Origin: an uncultured bacterium
Lineage (GTDB): Bacteria > Krumholzibacteriota > Krumholzibacteriia > Krumholzibacteriales > Krumholzibacteriaceae
Length of the DNA: 64,000 nt
Reading direction: 5' to 3'
Assembly: GCA_965371515.1 (NCBI GenBank)
Contig: CBDUYR010000004.1
Span: 20,235 to 84,234 of the forward strand
A program made the position numbers and the translations under genes. The notes under the pieces were generated by a model, which was not told the origin of the DNA, ran no database searches, and worked only from the letters and a program-made list of their open reading frames with translations. Each line of letters opens with the position of its first letter. Position 1 is the first letter of the stretch. Of the stretch, positions 30,096 to 39,470 are shown piece by piece.

Positions 30096-30547
30096 AGCAG
30101 TCCCGTGAAGCGTCTGAGCAGAGCCATCACAGCCAGGGCGTAGAGCCCGGCGAACACGTCATCGACCACTACCCCCAGGCCCCCCGGAAGTTTCTGAGAC
30201 CTCCCGGCCGGAAAGGGCTTTGCGATGTCGAATATCCTGAACAGGACGAATCCCACCAGCCCGGCCTTTATGGAGACCGGTGACAGCAGCATGGTTATCT
30301 GCATGCCGACGACCTCGTCGATCACGATACAGGAGGCATCCTCGCCGTATCTTCTCTCCATGATATCCGAGAGGATGATGGCCACGGGGATGAGCCCGGC
30401 GATGACCGCCCAGTGGGTCATCCAGTGACCGCCGGGCACGAACAGCCATGCGAGCAGCCAGACCATGCTGGCGAAGGTCGCAGGAGCGAAGGGGAAAAAC
30501 CCCGTATAAAAAAAAGAGCCGAAAAGTGTGACAAGGAAACGTCTCAT
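30092..30547 (-). CDS. pgpA: Phosphatidylglycerophosphatase A
   Basis: G..PFAPATFAS, IVIDEVVG, FRIFDIAKP.P, GGLGVVVDD. Confidence 0.93.
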   Translation of the reverse strand: MRRFLVTLFGSFFYTGFFPFAPATFASMVWLLAWLFVPGGHWMTHWAVIAGLIPVAIILSDIMERRYGEDASCIVIDEVVGMQITMLLSPVSIKAGLVGFVLFRIFDIAKPFPAGRSQKLPGGLGVVVDDVFAGLYALAVMALLRRFTGLL

Positions 30548-30638
30548 ATGCATCCTTTGACGATTACACAGGGCAGGATATAGATAGAAGCAGCAGACGG
30601 CAATCAAATTATTGCCATGTGAAATCGCAGGAGACTTC

Positions 30639-31217
30639 CTATGAGAGGTTGCGGAGGACTCCCTTCGCGACCGCCTTCAGCGTGTCGAACACGCCTATGC
30701 CGTTTACGGCAACGGCCTCGAACGCGGGGAAGTGCTTGGGATTGAGCTCCTCCTCGAGATCGGGCACCGCGATCAGGTCGGGAAGATCCCTCTTGTTGTA
30801 CTGGATCGCGTAGGGAAGCTCGTTGAGCTTGAGACCGTACTCGCCGAGGTTCTCGTGGAGGTTGTAAAGGCTCTCGATATTCGCGTCATACCTGCTCGTC
30901 TGGGAGTCGGCTACGAAGACTACGCCGTCCGTTCCGCGGAGGATCAGTTTTCGCGACGCATCGTAGTATACCTGTCCCGGTACAGTATAGAGGTGGAACC
31001 TCGTCTTGAACCCCTTGACAGTTCCCAGCTCCAGCGGAAGGAAATCGAAGAAGAGGGTCCTGTCCATCTCTGTGGCAAGCGTGATCAGCTTGCCCTTCGT
31101 ATCCGGAGACACCTTGTCGTAGATGTACTGTATATTGGTCGTCTTTCCACACAGGCCGGGCCCGTAGTAGACGATCTTTACGTTGATCTCACGCGAGGAG
31201 TAATTTATCAGCGACAA
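30639..31217 (-). CDS. mglA: MglA small GTPase
   Basis: INYSSREINVKIVYYGPGLCGKTTN, DRTLFFDFLP, TVPGQ, NKRD; TTG start. Confidence 0.96.
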   Translation of the reverse strand: MSLINYSSREINVKIVYYGPGLCGKTTNIQYIYDKVSPDTKGKLITLATEMDRTLFFDFLPLELGTVKGFKTRFHLYTVPGQVYYDASRKLILRGTDGVVFVADSQTSRYDANIESLYNLHENLGEYGLKLNELPYAIQYNKRDLPDLIAVPDLEEELNPKHFPAFEAVAVNGIGVFDTLKAVAKGVLRNLS

Positions 31218-31234
31218 CTCTGTCCCCTCCCCTT

Positions 31235-31735
31235 TCAGTCTGAGAACAGACTGTCTATCTCCATCTCGGCCTCGGCGGTAAACTCCTCGCCGAGCTCCTC
31301 GTGGTATTCCTCATTCTCGTACTCGAGCTTGTCGTAGAGACCCTTGATTACTGTGGCGAGGTTCTCGACCGCCTTCTTCGTCCTTAGTCTCACCAGACCG
31401 AGCGTGGTCTTCTTATCGAACAGGATAACCAGTATGATATCCTTCTCTACCCTCGCGAGATACATGCTCTCGTTACTCCCCTGATGGTAGAGTGTCGAGA
31501 AATCCTTCTCTCCGATCAGCTTGGCCAGCTGTGCGTTCGCCTCGAAATCGGCCGCGCAGAGAGACGCGAAGCTGTACATGTCGAACCTCGGTTCATCGCC
31601 CACGCTCGAGATCAGCTGACCAGTCTTGTCGAGCAGGATCACGCTGGTGGCATTCGAGTTCTTCAGCAATTCCTGGAGCGTCGTGCTGATCGCCCAGTAA
31701 TCCTCTTCGAAAACTTTCCAGTTCGTTCTGACCAT
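31235..31735 (-). CDS. mglB: MglB roadblock/LC7 GAP
   Basis: DKTGQLIS, LAKLIGE, LGLVRLR, C-terminal IDSLFSD; adjacent to mglA. Confidence 0.93.
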   Translation of the reverse strand: MVRTNWKVFEEDYWAISTTLQELLKNSNATSVILLDKTGQLISSVGDEPRFDMYSFASLCAADFEANAQLAKLIGEKDFSTLYHQGSNESMYLARVEKDIILVILFDKKTTLGLVRLRTKKAVENLATVIKGLYDKLEYENEEYHEELGEEFTAEAEMEIDSLFSD

Positions 31736-31786
31736 TCTGCTATCTCTTTCCCTTGCCCGAGATCAATCGACCTGTTGTCGACCTTG

Positions 31787-32389
31787 TCAGTCGACCTCTT
31801 CGCGCCCATCGAGGGCCCTGCCTATCGTTCCCCTGTCAACGAACTCGAGGGAACAACCGAGGGGAAGTCCCCTTGCCGGCCTCGTCACCTTCACATCGCT
31901 TTCCCTGAACATTCGTGCGATGTAGAGGGTCGTCGTATCTCCCTCGACGCTCGGATTTGTCGCTATGATGAGTTCCGTTATCTCTTCCTTTTTCACACGC
32001 TCCTTCAGGGCCGTCAGGTTCAGCTGCTCTGGTCCCACTCCATCAAGTGGTGAAAGAACTCCGTGTAGAACATGGTAGCGGCCCCTGAAATGACCCGATC
32101 TTTCGAGAACGTAAAGATCGGCGGGCCGTTCAACAACGCATAACATGCCTTCGGCTCTTCCCGGGTCTCTGCAGATCGGACAGACATCGCCTTCAGCGAG
32201 GTTTCCACATCTTTTGCAATATCCGGTTTCTTCCCTGACTCTCCTGAGCGCTTCGGCAAAACCCCTGACCTCCCCCTCGTCCATGTCGAGGATGGCAAAT
32301 GCCAGTCTGCGCGCCGTCTTCTCCCCCACTCCAGGCAGTTTCCTGAAATGATCTATCAGTTCCTGAAGCAGCGGAAGACCCTGATCCAT
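31787..32389 (-). CDS. recR: Recombination protein RecR
   Basis: LPGVGEKTARRLA, C4 zinc finger, YHVLHG.LSPLDG, ATNPSVEGD. Confidence 0.97.
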   Translation of the reverse strand: MDQGLPLLQELIDHFRKLPGVGEKTARRLAFAILDMDEGEVRGFAEALRRVREETGYCKRCGNLAEGDVCPICRDPGRAEGMLCVVERPADLYVLERSGHFRGRYHVLHGVLSPLDGVGPEQLNLTALKERVKKEEITELIIATNPSVEGDTTTLYIARMFRESDVKVTRPARGLPLGCSLEFVDRGTIGRALDGREEVD

Positions 32390-32488
32390 TGCTTTCTCCT
32401 TGGGTTTAGCAAGAATCTTGCCTTGTTTCGAATCACGATCGGAAAAGATAAGCCGCGAAAAAGAATGATGTTCCCTGCGGCGGAAGGT

Positions 32489-32800
32489 CTAGAACATTCC
32501 GGGCAGGGGCATTCCACCGGTGATCGAGCTCATCTCGTCCCTGACCATCTCTTCGACACGGTTAGCCGCCTCTGTAACCGCAGCGGCGACAAGGTCTTCA
32601 AGCATTTCTACATCCTGCGGATCAACGACTTCCGGATCTATCGACACGGAGACGACCTCGTGTCTGCCGTTCATCACGACCTTGACCATTCCACCGCCGG
32701 CGGAGGCCTCGACGCTCTTTTCAGCCAGTTCGGCCTGCATCTGGGCCATTTTCGCCTGCATCTGCTGCGCCTGCTTGAGAAGCTTTCCTATGTCCTTCAT
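32489..32800 (-). CDS. ybaB: YbaB/EbfC nucleoid-associated protein
   Basis: KQAQQMQ, AGGGMVKV, DVEMLEDLV.AA. Confidence 0.96.
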   Translation of the reverse strand: MKDIGKLLKQAQQMQAKMAQMQAELAEKSVEASAGGGMVKVVMNGRHEVVSVSIDPEVVDPQDVEMLEDLVAAAVTEAANRVEEMVRDEMSSITGGMPLPGMF

Positions 32801-32859
32801 CCGATTCTCCCTGTGTCCTGTGATCCGTCAAGTATCTGCAATACTGAGTACCGGAGCCT

Positions 32860-34656
32860 TCAGTCCAGGAGCTCCGCGTCCAATCCGTCCATAATGCGTA
32901 TCAGCGTGGGATTATCCACCTTTGCAGCGCTGGACCTCTTTATCGATCCGCTGCCGGTATTTTTTGTGGATGTCTTTTCCGGAGACTGCGGTTCTTTCCC
33001 TGCGACAGATCCTTTTGCGCTGCTTCCATCGGGTTTCGTCCGAGCCTCTATCTCCATCCTGGCCTGGCGGTCGCTCCTGGCACCACCCTTCAGATCAACC
33101 GTCTCACAGGTCTCCACGGTAAATTTTCTGCCATAGAACTTCTCGAGATGGCTCTCGATCAACCGCCTGTTCTTCATCTCTCTTATCATCTGCATCGCGA
33201 ACCTGTTCTGCGGTGTAAACGAAAGGATCAGGCTGCCGTCCTCGACGCCGGCGACGTCGGCCGTCATCAGCCATATTCCGAGAGTCAGCTTCGCTTCCCT
33301 GATCTTCGCGAGAAATCGCTCCCACTCCTCCTTGCCGCCGAGAGCATCAAGGAGGGGATTCTCCTTCACGGGGATCTCTGGAATCCCGGGAGTCCCGGGC
33401 ATGGCGGCCTTCTCCATACTCGCGGACGATACAGCCGGGCCGGCAGGATCTGCCGGCGGGGACGATCCCGCTGAACCGGATATTTTCGACGTTCCAGCAG
33501 TCCCGCCTTCCACAGCGCCACCCGCTCCTGACTCGAGCCTGCCGATCAGTTCGCCTATCTCCACTGCCGATTCCCAGGAAGCAGCCTCGGCTACCGCCGC
33601 TTCCATATGGTATCGTGGCTGGCTCGAACCTTTCAGTTCGCGGTGCGCCCTGGACATCGAACGGAAGATGAAAAGGAGATCCTCGACCTTGAATCTCACG
33701 GAGATCGCCGACAACTCCTCGATCTCGCCTGATGTCAGGTCGAGCCAGTCGGTCCTCCCGCCTGATACGGAGATCACGAGGAGATTACGTATCCCTTCGA
33801 GGAAAGCGAGAAAGAACTCCTCGAGATCCATTCCGGAGGCTGCCACACCGTCCACAACCGACAGCGCTCTCTCCCTGTCGCGCCGGCTCACCGCGTCGAG
33901 CAGACTGGAGATGATCTGCGAATCGACCAGACCGAGTACATTCCGGACAGTCTCGATGTCTATTTTCCCATCGGCGGCCGAGATGCATTGGTCCAGCAGG
34001 GATTCGGCATCGCGCATCGAGCCGTCGGCCCTGCGGCATATCAGTGTCAGTGCTTCAGCGTCGTATTCGATCTTTTCGGCTTCACATATCCTGCTGAGCT
34101 GTCCCGAGAGTTCGGCCAGTTCGAGCCGCTTGAAATTGAATCTCTGGCAGCGTGACAGAATCGTCGCCGGGATCTTGTGTGGCTCTGTCGTAGCGAATAT
34201 CAGGTAGACATGTCCCGGGGGCTCTTCGAGTGTCTTGAGCAGGGCATTGAATGCCTGCTGTGTGAGCATGTGGACCTCGTCTATGATGTAGATCTTCGAA
34301 CCGGACTGCGAGGGTGCGTACCCTATCTTCTCCCTCAGGTCCCTGATCTCGTCGATACCCCTGTTGGAGGCGCCGTCGATCTCTATCATGTCGAGGTGTG
34401 TCCCGCCGTTTACCGCCACGCAGGAGGAGCATCTGTTGCATGGCTCACCGCCCTGCGGATCCTCGCAGTTGATGATTTTCGCGAGCAATCGCGCCGTCGT
34501 GGTCTTGCCGCATCCGCGCGGGCCCGAGAAGAGGTATGCGTGCGCTAGCCTGCCCTTCTCGAAGGCCTTCTGGAGGGTGGAGGTCACGTGCTCCTGTCCG
34601 ACTACCTCGGCAAATGTACCGGGTCTCCATTTTCTGGCAAGTACGAGATAAGACAT
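32860..34656 (-). CDS. dnaX: DNA polymerase III subunit gamma/tau
   Basis: LARKWRP, GPRGCGKTT, EIDGASN, IIDEVHML, SRCQ. Confidence 0.98.
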   Translation of the reverse strand: MSYLVLARKWRPGTFAEVVGQEHVTSTLQKAFEKGRLAHAYLFSGPRGCGKTTTARLLAKIINCEDPQGGEPCNRCSSCVAVNGGTHLDMIEIDGASNRGIDEIRDLREKIGYAPSQSGSKIYIIDEVHMLTQQAFNALLKTLEEPPGHVYLIFATTEPHKIPATILSRCQRFNFKRLELAELSGQLSRICEAEKIEYDAEALTLICRRADGSMRDAESLLDQCISAADGKIDIETVRNVLGLVDSQIISSLLDAVSRRDRERALSVVDGVAASGMDLEEFFLAFLEGIRNLLVISVSGGRTDWLDLTSGEIEELSAISVRFKVEDLLFIFRSMSRAHRELKGSSQPRYHMEAAVAEAASWESAVEIGELIGRLESGAGGAVEGGTAGTSKISGSAGSSPPADPAGPAVSSASMEKAAMPGTPGIPEIPVKENPLLDALGGKEEWERFLAKIREAKLTLGIWLMTADVAGVEDGSLILSFTPQNRFAMQMIREMKNRRLIESHLEKFYGRKFTVETCETVDLKGGARSDRQARMEIEARTKPDGSSAKGSVAGKEPQSPEKTSTKNTGSGSIKRSSAAKVDNPTLIRIMDGLDAELLD

Positions 34657-34687
34657 ACGTTCAGTCCCCCGGTGAGAAAGGTCAGGA

Positions 34688-34957
34688 GACCGTGCACCCG
34701 GCTTCGAAAGGCGTCCCCGGCTCTTGCGGCAGGGTTAGCTCCTGTCAGGATATGCCGCGGCACATAAGAATGTCTGCGTACCGCTGCTACCTTCCGGTCC
34801 TGACGGGGTTTGCAGGTTCTCATTGCGCGGGTCCTGGCACTCAACACCACTTCCCGCCGCCGATCGCTCGGAGACAACACTCCCTCAACCGGGAATTCGG
34901 CCCCGCTATAGCGGATTGCGGGTGCAGGGCACCGCTACCTCCCCGCCTAGCACGATC
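34688..34957 (-). ncRNA. ffs: Large bacterial SRP RNA (with Alu domain)
   Basis: Helix 8 GTCAGGACCGGAAGGTAGCAGC; 5' CGTGCTAGGCGGGGAGGTAGCGGTGCCCTG; ends pair (GATCGTGC/GCACGGTC); upstream of dnaX. Confidence 0.93.
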
Positions 34958-34967
34958 TCTAAAAATA

Positions 34968-35043
34968 TGGTGGAGATGATCGGACTCGAACCGACGACCC
35001 CCTCGTTGCGAACGAGGTGCTCTCCCAGCTGAGCTACATCCCC
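34968..35043 (-). tRNA. tRNA-Ala(CGC)
   Basis: Anticodon arm CCTCG-TTCGCAA-CGAGG, G3:U70, CCA. Confidence 0.95.
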
Positions 35044-35096
35044 ACTCTTTATCATCAACGCCGACTCGCTTCGCCGCGGCCCGGCAGTCTCACCAA

Positions 35097-35186
35097 TGGC
35101 GGAGAGAGAGGGATTCGAACCCTCGGAGCGGAAACCCGCTCAACGGTTTTCGAGACCGTCCCGTTCAACCACTCCGGCATCTCTCC
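35097..35186 (-). tRNA. tRNA-Ser(CGA)
   Basis: ACGGT-CTCGAAA-ACCGT, long variable arm, GCCA end. Confidence 0.95.
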
Positions 35187-35271
35187 GTCGGATACTATAT
35201 ATAATCGGTGCCGATATATCAATAGCGGAGAATGCCCGGGAAAAGGAGAATATGCAGGCTGGATATAATAA

Positions 35272-35362
35272 TGGCGGAGAGAGAGGGATTCGAACCCTCG
35301 GAGGAGTTACCCCCTCACACGATTTCCAATCGTGCCGATTAAGCCAGCTCTCGCATCTCTCC
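35272..35362 (-). tRNA. tRNA-Ser(GGA)
   Basis: CACGA-TTGGAAA-TCGTG, long variable arm, GCCA end. Confidence 0.95.
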
Positions 35363-35378
35363 GCGTCTGTCAGTCGAT

Positions 35379-35876
35379 TCAGTCTTCACGTAATCTAGTA
35401 AAAAACTCCCTGAGAAGCAAAAGGCATTCTTCCTCCAGCACCCCGCCCTTGACGATGAGCCTGTGGCCGTAGAGATCGGCATGGTGCAGGTCCCCGATCG
35501 ATCCGCATGCCCCGCTTCTCGGCTGCCTCGCCCCGTACACGACACGCTCCGCCCTGGCGAGATAGAGGGCTCCGAGGCACATGTGGCAGGGCTCCGAGGT
35601 CACATAGATGGTACAGCCATCGAGCCTCCAGTCGCCCGTCCTCTCCGAAGCGCTGTCTATCGCAATGATCTCGGCATGGGCCGTCGCCGTTTTCCTCGTC
35701 TCGACCTCATTGCGCCCGCGCCCGATGATATCATCGCCGCGGACCACTACGGCACCAACGGGGACCTCGCCGCCCTCCAGGGCCAGCGAAGCCTCGGCAA
35801 GAGCCTCTCTCATCCATTTCTCGTCCATTGGATCTATCATCCACCGTGCAGATCGTCCGTTACATGGTTCCGTCAC
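35379..35876 (-). CDS. tadA: tRNA adenosine(34) deaminase (start may be 35840/35828)
   Basis: GEVPVGAV, AHAE, EPCHMC, WRL. Confidence 0.93.
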   Translation of the reverse strand: MTEPCNGRSARWMIDPMDEKWMREALAEASLALEGGEVPVGAVVVRGDDIIGRGRNEVETRKTATAHAEIIAIDSASERTGDWRLDGCTIYVTSEPCHMCLGALYLARAERVVYGARQPRSGACGSIGDLHHADLYGHRLIVKGGVLEEECLLLLREFFTRLRED

Positions 35877-36607
35877 AGCGACGGAGAATCGAATCTTTCG
35901 GGTATCGCTCCGATGAGCGCCTCGAGGACCAGTACCGCCACATCGTCGAACGGAGGAGCGGCGTAGATGTCACCGCCCGATATCGATGTCCCCGATATCC
36001 TCCTGTCGATGCCGGCGGTTGAAGATTGGACCCGGTCCCCTTCGCTACGCACCGATTCCTTGTAATTTTCGTCTGTGGCTTCCCAGAGGACCATTCCGTT
36101 GTCGGGATCGATCAGGCTCAGCGTCATGCCGACCTGGGTAACCGAGGCTGCGCTCGCTTCGCGGTAGTCCACTTCGTCCTTGTGCCAAAGGTAGACGACA
36201 GATACCAGCATCAGGTCGACGTTCAGTTCCGATTTAACTGCCCTGCACAGATCCAGGTCCACTACGTGGTCGCGGCTCCACTTGTTCTTGAATTCATCGA
36301 GCCTGTCTCCAAAATCGGTTTTCGCAATGACCATCCTGAACTGCTCGGGTGAAAGGAACTTGTAATCGTATCTCTCGGAAACGAACTCCCAGATGATCCT
36401 GTTGGGGATCCTTTCCGATTGACGTTTCGGGTCCTCGCCCTTTGTTATCATGCTTATCGCCGGTAGAACCAGGATCGTCGCGTGCTCTCCCGGATTGAAA
36501 TCGGGTTCGACCGTGATGCTCGCCGGGTGCTGCGATTTACACCCGATCAGCCCGAAAACAGCGACAGCGATCAATAAAACTGCTGCTTTTCTCATCATTC
36601 TCTCCAT
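35873..36607 (-). CDS. Hypothetical lipoprotein (possibly TolB-N/CsgG-like fold)
   Basis: Lipobox LIGC; VGMTLSLID..NG.VLWEA motif. Confidence 0.6.
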   Translation of the reverse strand: MERMMRKAAVLLIAVAVFGLIGCKSQHPASITVEPDFNPGEHATILVLPAISMITKGEDPKRQSERIPNRIIWEFVSERYDYKFLSPEQFRMVIAKTDFGDRLDEFKNKWSRDHVVDLDLCRAVKSELNVDLMLVSVVYLWHKDEVDYREASAASVTQVGMTLSLIDPDNGMVLWEATDENYKESVRSEGDRVQSSTAGIDRRISGTSISGGDIYAAPPFDDVAVLVLEALIGAIPERFDSPSL

Positions 36608-36755
36608 TATTCAATCAAAGGACTCCATGATTTTATTAAGAGTATCAACGGGTTGAGCGCGGTGTCAATCCGTATCGAAAGTGTACTGTAATGTAATTCT
36701 CAGTTATTTCCCCGGAAGAGTGCCTCTAAACCCTTCTATCCCATCGCCGGAATTC

Positions 36756-36766
36756 TGTGGTATAAT
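36756..36766 (+). promoter_or_regulatory. Extended -10 promoter of the HNH gene
   Basis: TGTGGTATAAT, followed by GGGAGG (36792-36797) and ATG 36805. Confidence 0.6.
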
Positions 36767-36804
36767 GACCGTGCGTGATGGGGATGATTATGGGAGGTGG
36801 GAGA

Positions 36805-37956
36805 ATGAATGAATCAATCCGGCTCGATTCCCTGAGCACTATTTCCGACAACAGGCTGGTCCGGCAGATCGAATCTCTCCGGGGCAAGGAACGAAAGGTC
36901 CTCGCGGGAGTCCTTCGCCACCTTATCGAAATCGAGCGCAGAAGACTCTATCTGCCGAGGGGCTACTCCTCGCTCTTCGAGTTCTGCACTCAGCATCTGA
37001 AATACTCCAGGTCCGCAGCGGGACGGAGGATCGCCGCCGTGCGAGCACTCGCAAAGTTCCCTTCTCTCGAAGGATATATCCTGAAAGGAGAGATCAATCT
37101 TTATGCCCTTTCGCTCATATCCGGGATCCTGACCGAAGATAACTTTGCCCAGGTAATCTCAGGGATCAGAAACAGGTCGACCCGTGCCGTCGAAGCCCTG
37201 GTCGCAGGGTACAGGCCCGGCAGGAATTTCCGGGACCGGGTGAGGCCGGTATGTGTCATGGTACCGGAACCCGGCAATAAGATGGAAAACAGAAACGGAG
37301 GACAAAATACCGAAAGAGCATCAGGCGGAAGTCCAGGTGGGTCCGGCAGTCCGGTCAATACCAGTTCTGCTCCCGGCGCCGGGAGTGAAAAATTCCCCGA
37401 TGCCGCAGCGAAAAGGCCCGGAGGGGATACTCTCGAGCGTGTGAGGATCAGCAGAAAGTACAAGTTCGAGTTCGCCGTGGATACCGAGTTCATGAAGAAA
37501 TTCAATCGCATGAAGGCCCTGCTCTCCGGCACATATCCGGAAGGAATCAGCTTCGAAAACCTCTTCATGCTGCTGATGGACGAATACATCGACCGGCACA
37601 CACCTGAAGGCAGGGCTGCCAGGAGAGAAAGGCGCCAGGCGTCCAAATCCCTGAGGAATTCCGGATCGTCTGAGATCAGCAGTAAACCCGTCACGGGAAA
37701 CAGGACACGCAGCATTCCGAGGAAGGTCCGGGACGAGGTCTTTCTGCGGGACGGGGGCAAATGTACCTTCAAAGGCACGAACGGTCGACGATGTAATTCT
37801 ACATGGAACCTGCAGATAGATCATATCGTCCCGTTCGCAAGGGGTGGAGATAACTCCCAGGGAAACCTGAGGCTTCTGTGCGGGAAACACAATCGCCTCG
37901 AGGCCGAACGCGTCTACGGCAGTCCGCACATGGAGAGATTCAAAAAGAAAGAGTGA
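36805..37956 (+). CDS. HNH endonuclease with DUF222-like helical N-terminus
   Basis: RDGGKCTF...RC...LQIDHIVPFARGG....NLRLLCGKHN; N-terminal L.EIERRRLYL..GYSSLFEFC. Confidence 0.88.
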   Translation: MNESIRLDSLSTISDNRLVRQIESLRGKERKVLAGVLRHLIEIERRRLYLPRGYSSLFEFCTQHLKYSRSAAGRRIAAVRALAKFPSLEGYILKGEINLYALSLISGILTEDNFAQVISGIRNRSTRAVEALVAGYRPGRNFRDRVRPVCVMVPEPGNKMENRNGGQNTERASGGSPGGSGSPVNTSSAPGAGSEKFPDAAAKRPGGDTLERVRISRKYKFEFAVDTEFMKKFNRMKALLSGTYPEGISFENLFMLLMDEYIDRHTPEGRAARRERRQASKSLRNSGSSEISSKPVTGNRTRSIPRKVRDEVFLRDGGKCTFKGTNGRRCNSTWNLQIDHIVPFARGGDNSQGNLRLLCGKHNRLEAERVYGSPHMERFKKKE

Positions 37957-38064
37957 ATCAATTATTAATATAAATTACTTACTTGAATTATCATTTATCA
38001 TGTTCTAGCATCTGTAGAAGCCCCGCCGGATCTATCACGCTGCCCTATACGCTGGAGGTCTCAG

Positions 38065-39360
38065 ATGCATCGTGTCATCCCGGTCCTGATGCTGACGCTG
38101 ATCGTTTTCTCAGGATGTAATGATGATTCGACGAGTCCCGGCGACGGTGGTTCGACCGTTACCGGCGAGTATGTCGTGTTTGCGTGGAACGATCTAGGAA
38201 TGCACTGCCTCAACGACACGTACGAGCAGGCGGTCATCCTTCCCCCCTATAACACGGTCTGGGCGCAGGTCATCCAGAGAGGCGATCCTCCCAGAATCGT
38301 CACTGCCGGCCTTGCAGTCGAATACTCCCTCGTGAACAACACCTTCTCCTATGGCAAGAATGAGTACGGGGGATTCTGGGACAATGCCGACCAGCTCTTC
38401 CGCTTCATTCCCGGATTCACCGCTCCCGCGAACAACATCGGTCTGACGGGAACGGGCCTCTCCGGTCATATGGAACCTGCTTCCGACCATTTTGTCGCCG
38501 AGGGAATACCGCTTGTTCCGGTCGATGATTCCTTTGAATATGACCCCTACCAGATAGCGATCATCACCGTAAAAAACAGCGAAGGAAAGGTGCTCGCCTC
38601 GACCAGAGCGACCGCTCCCGTATCGGACGAGATGAACTGTGCCAGCTGTCACGGGGCAAACGCATGGACCGACGCCATCGCCGACCATGACCGCCTTCAC
38701 ATGACGAGCCTCGCGGATTCAGTACCCTTCCTCTGCGCTTCCTGCCACGGGAGCCCCGCGCTGGGTACGGTCGGTCCCGGCAGTGCCGGCATCTACCTCT
38801 CTGAAGCTATCCACGGAGCGCATGCATCGAGAGAAGCCGCATGCTACGACTGCCATCCCGGCGAGATAACCAAATGCATGAGAAGCGAGAAACACACGGC
38901 GGCCGACGGTAACTGCGAGACCTGCCACGGCGATCTGACCCAGGTCGCGTCCTCTATTACCGGGGGAAGGGTCCCCTGGGCCGACGAACCGTCATGCGGC
39001 TCGTGCCACACCGGCGTGCCTGGAATGGAACCGTCGGGTACTCTCTTCCGCAATGCCACCGGTCATGGATCGGTCAACTGCGCCGCATGCCATCACTCGC
39101 CGCACGCGATGTACCCGTCGATGCTGATGGCCGACAACTATCAGCCGATCGAGTACCAGGGCGGACCAAAGACGATGGGAAGCTGCGGAGTATGCCACAG
39201 CGATTCGAGAGGTGAGATCGAGGACATCCACGAGTTCGACGAGGAACATGGCGGAGCGGATCCCGACCGGACCATAAGCTGTCACGTTTGCCACACGGTG
39301 GTAAGAGATAATACGATGAGCTGGCCGCACGAGTGGAAGTGGAACAACAGCAACGACTGA
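38065..39360 (+). CDS. Octaheme cytochrome c lipoprotein
   Basis: Lipobox FSGC; WNDLGMHC motif; 8 CxxCH (CASCH x2, CYDCH, CETCH, CGSCH, CAACH, CGVCH, CHVCH). Confidence 0.9.
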   Translation: MHRVIPVLMLTLIVFSGCNDDSTSPGDGGSTVTGEYVVFAWNDLGMHCLNDTYEQAVILPPYNTVWAQVIQRGDPPRIVTAGLAVEYSLVNNTFSYGKNEYGGFWDNADQLFRFIPGFTAPANNIGLTGTGLSGHMEPASDHFVAEGIPLVPVDDSFEYDPYQIAIITVKNSEGKVLASTRATAPVSDEMNCASCHGANAWTDAIADHDRLHMTSLADSVPFLCASCHGSPALGTVGPGSAGIYLSEAIHGAHASREAACYDCHPGEITKCMRSEKHTAADGNCETCHGDLTQVASSITGGRVPWADEPSCGSCHTGVPGMEPSGTLFRNATGHGSVNCAACHHSPHAMYPSMLMADNYQPIEYQGGPKTMGSCGVCHSDSRGEIEDIHEFDEEHGGADPDRTISCHVCHTVVRDNTMSWPHEWKWNNSND

Positions 39361-39404
39361 TCATTATCCTGTCGCGACATGGACAGTTTCGGCAGATCGA
39401 GGCA

Positions 39405-39437
39405 TAAATAAAAGGGCCGTCCGATCGGGCGGCCCTT
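39405..39437 (-). terminator. Intrinsic terminator of the por operon (between convergent genes)
   Basis: AAGGGCCGTCC-GATC-GGGCGGCCCTT; T-rich tail on the minus strand. Confidence 0.75.
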
Positions 39438-39470
39438 CAGTATTACTCATCCGCAGGTTCGTCAGACCGG

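Noticed and set aside
32860..34656. Programmed -1 frameshift in dnaX giving gamma
   Set aside because: No A AAA AAG or long A-run slippery site seen in the linker region
35097..35362. Repeated TGGCGGAGAGAGAGGGATTCGAACCCTCGG as an att site or CRISPR repeat
   Set aside because: These are the shared 3' ends of complete tRNA-Ser genes (also at 44199); no spacers, cas genes or integrase
36608..38064. IS element or IscB/HEARO-type RNA-guided element around the HNH gene
   Set aside because: No RuvC or PLMP motifs, terminal inverted repeats, target duplication or evident structured RNA in the short flanks
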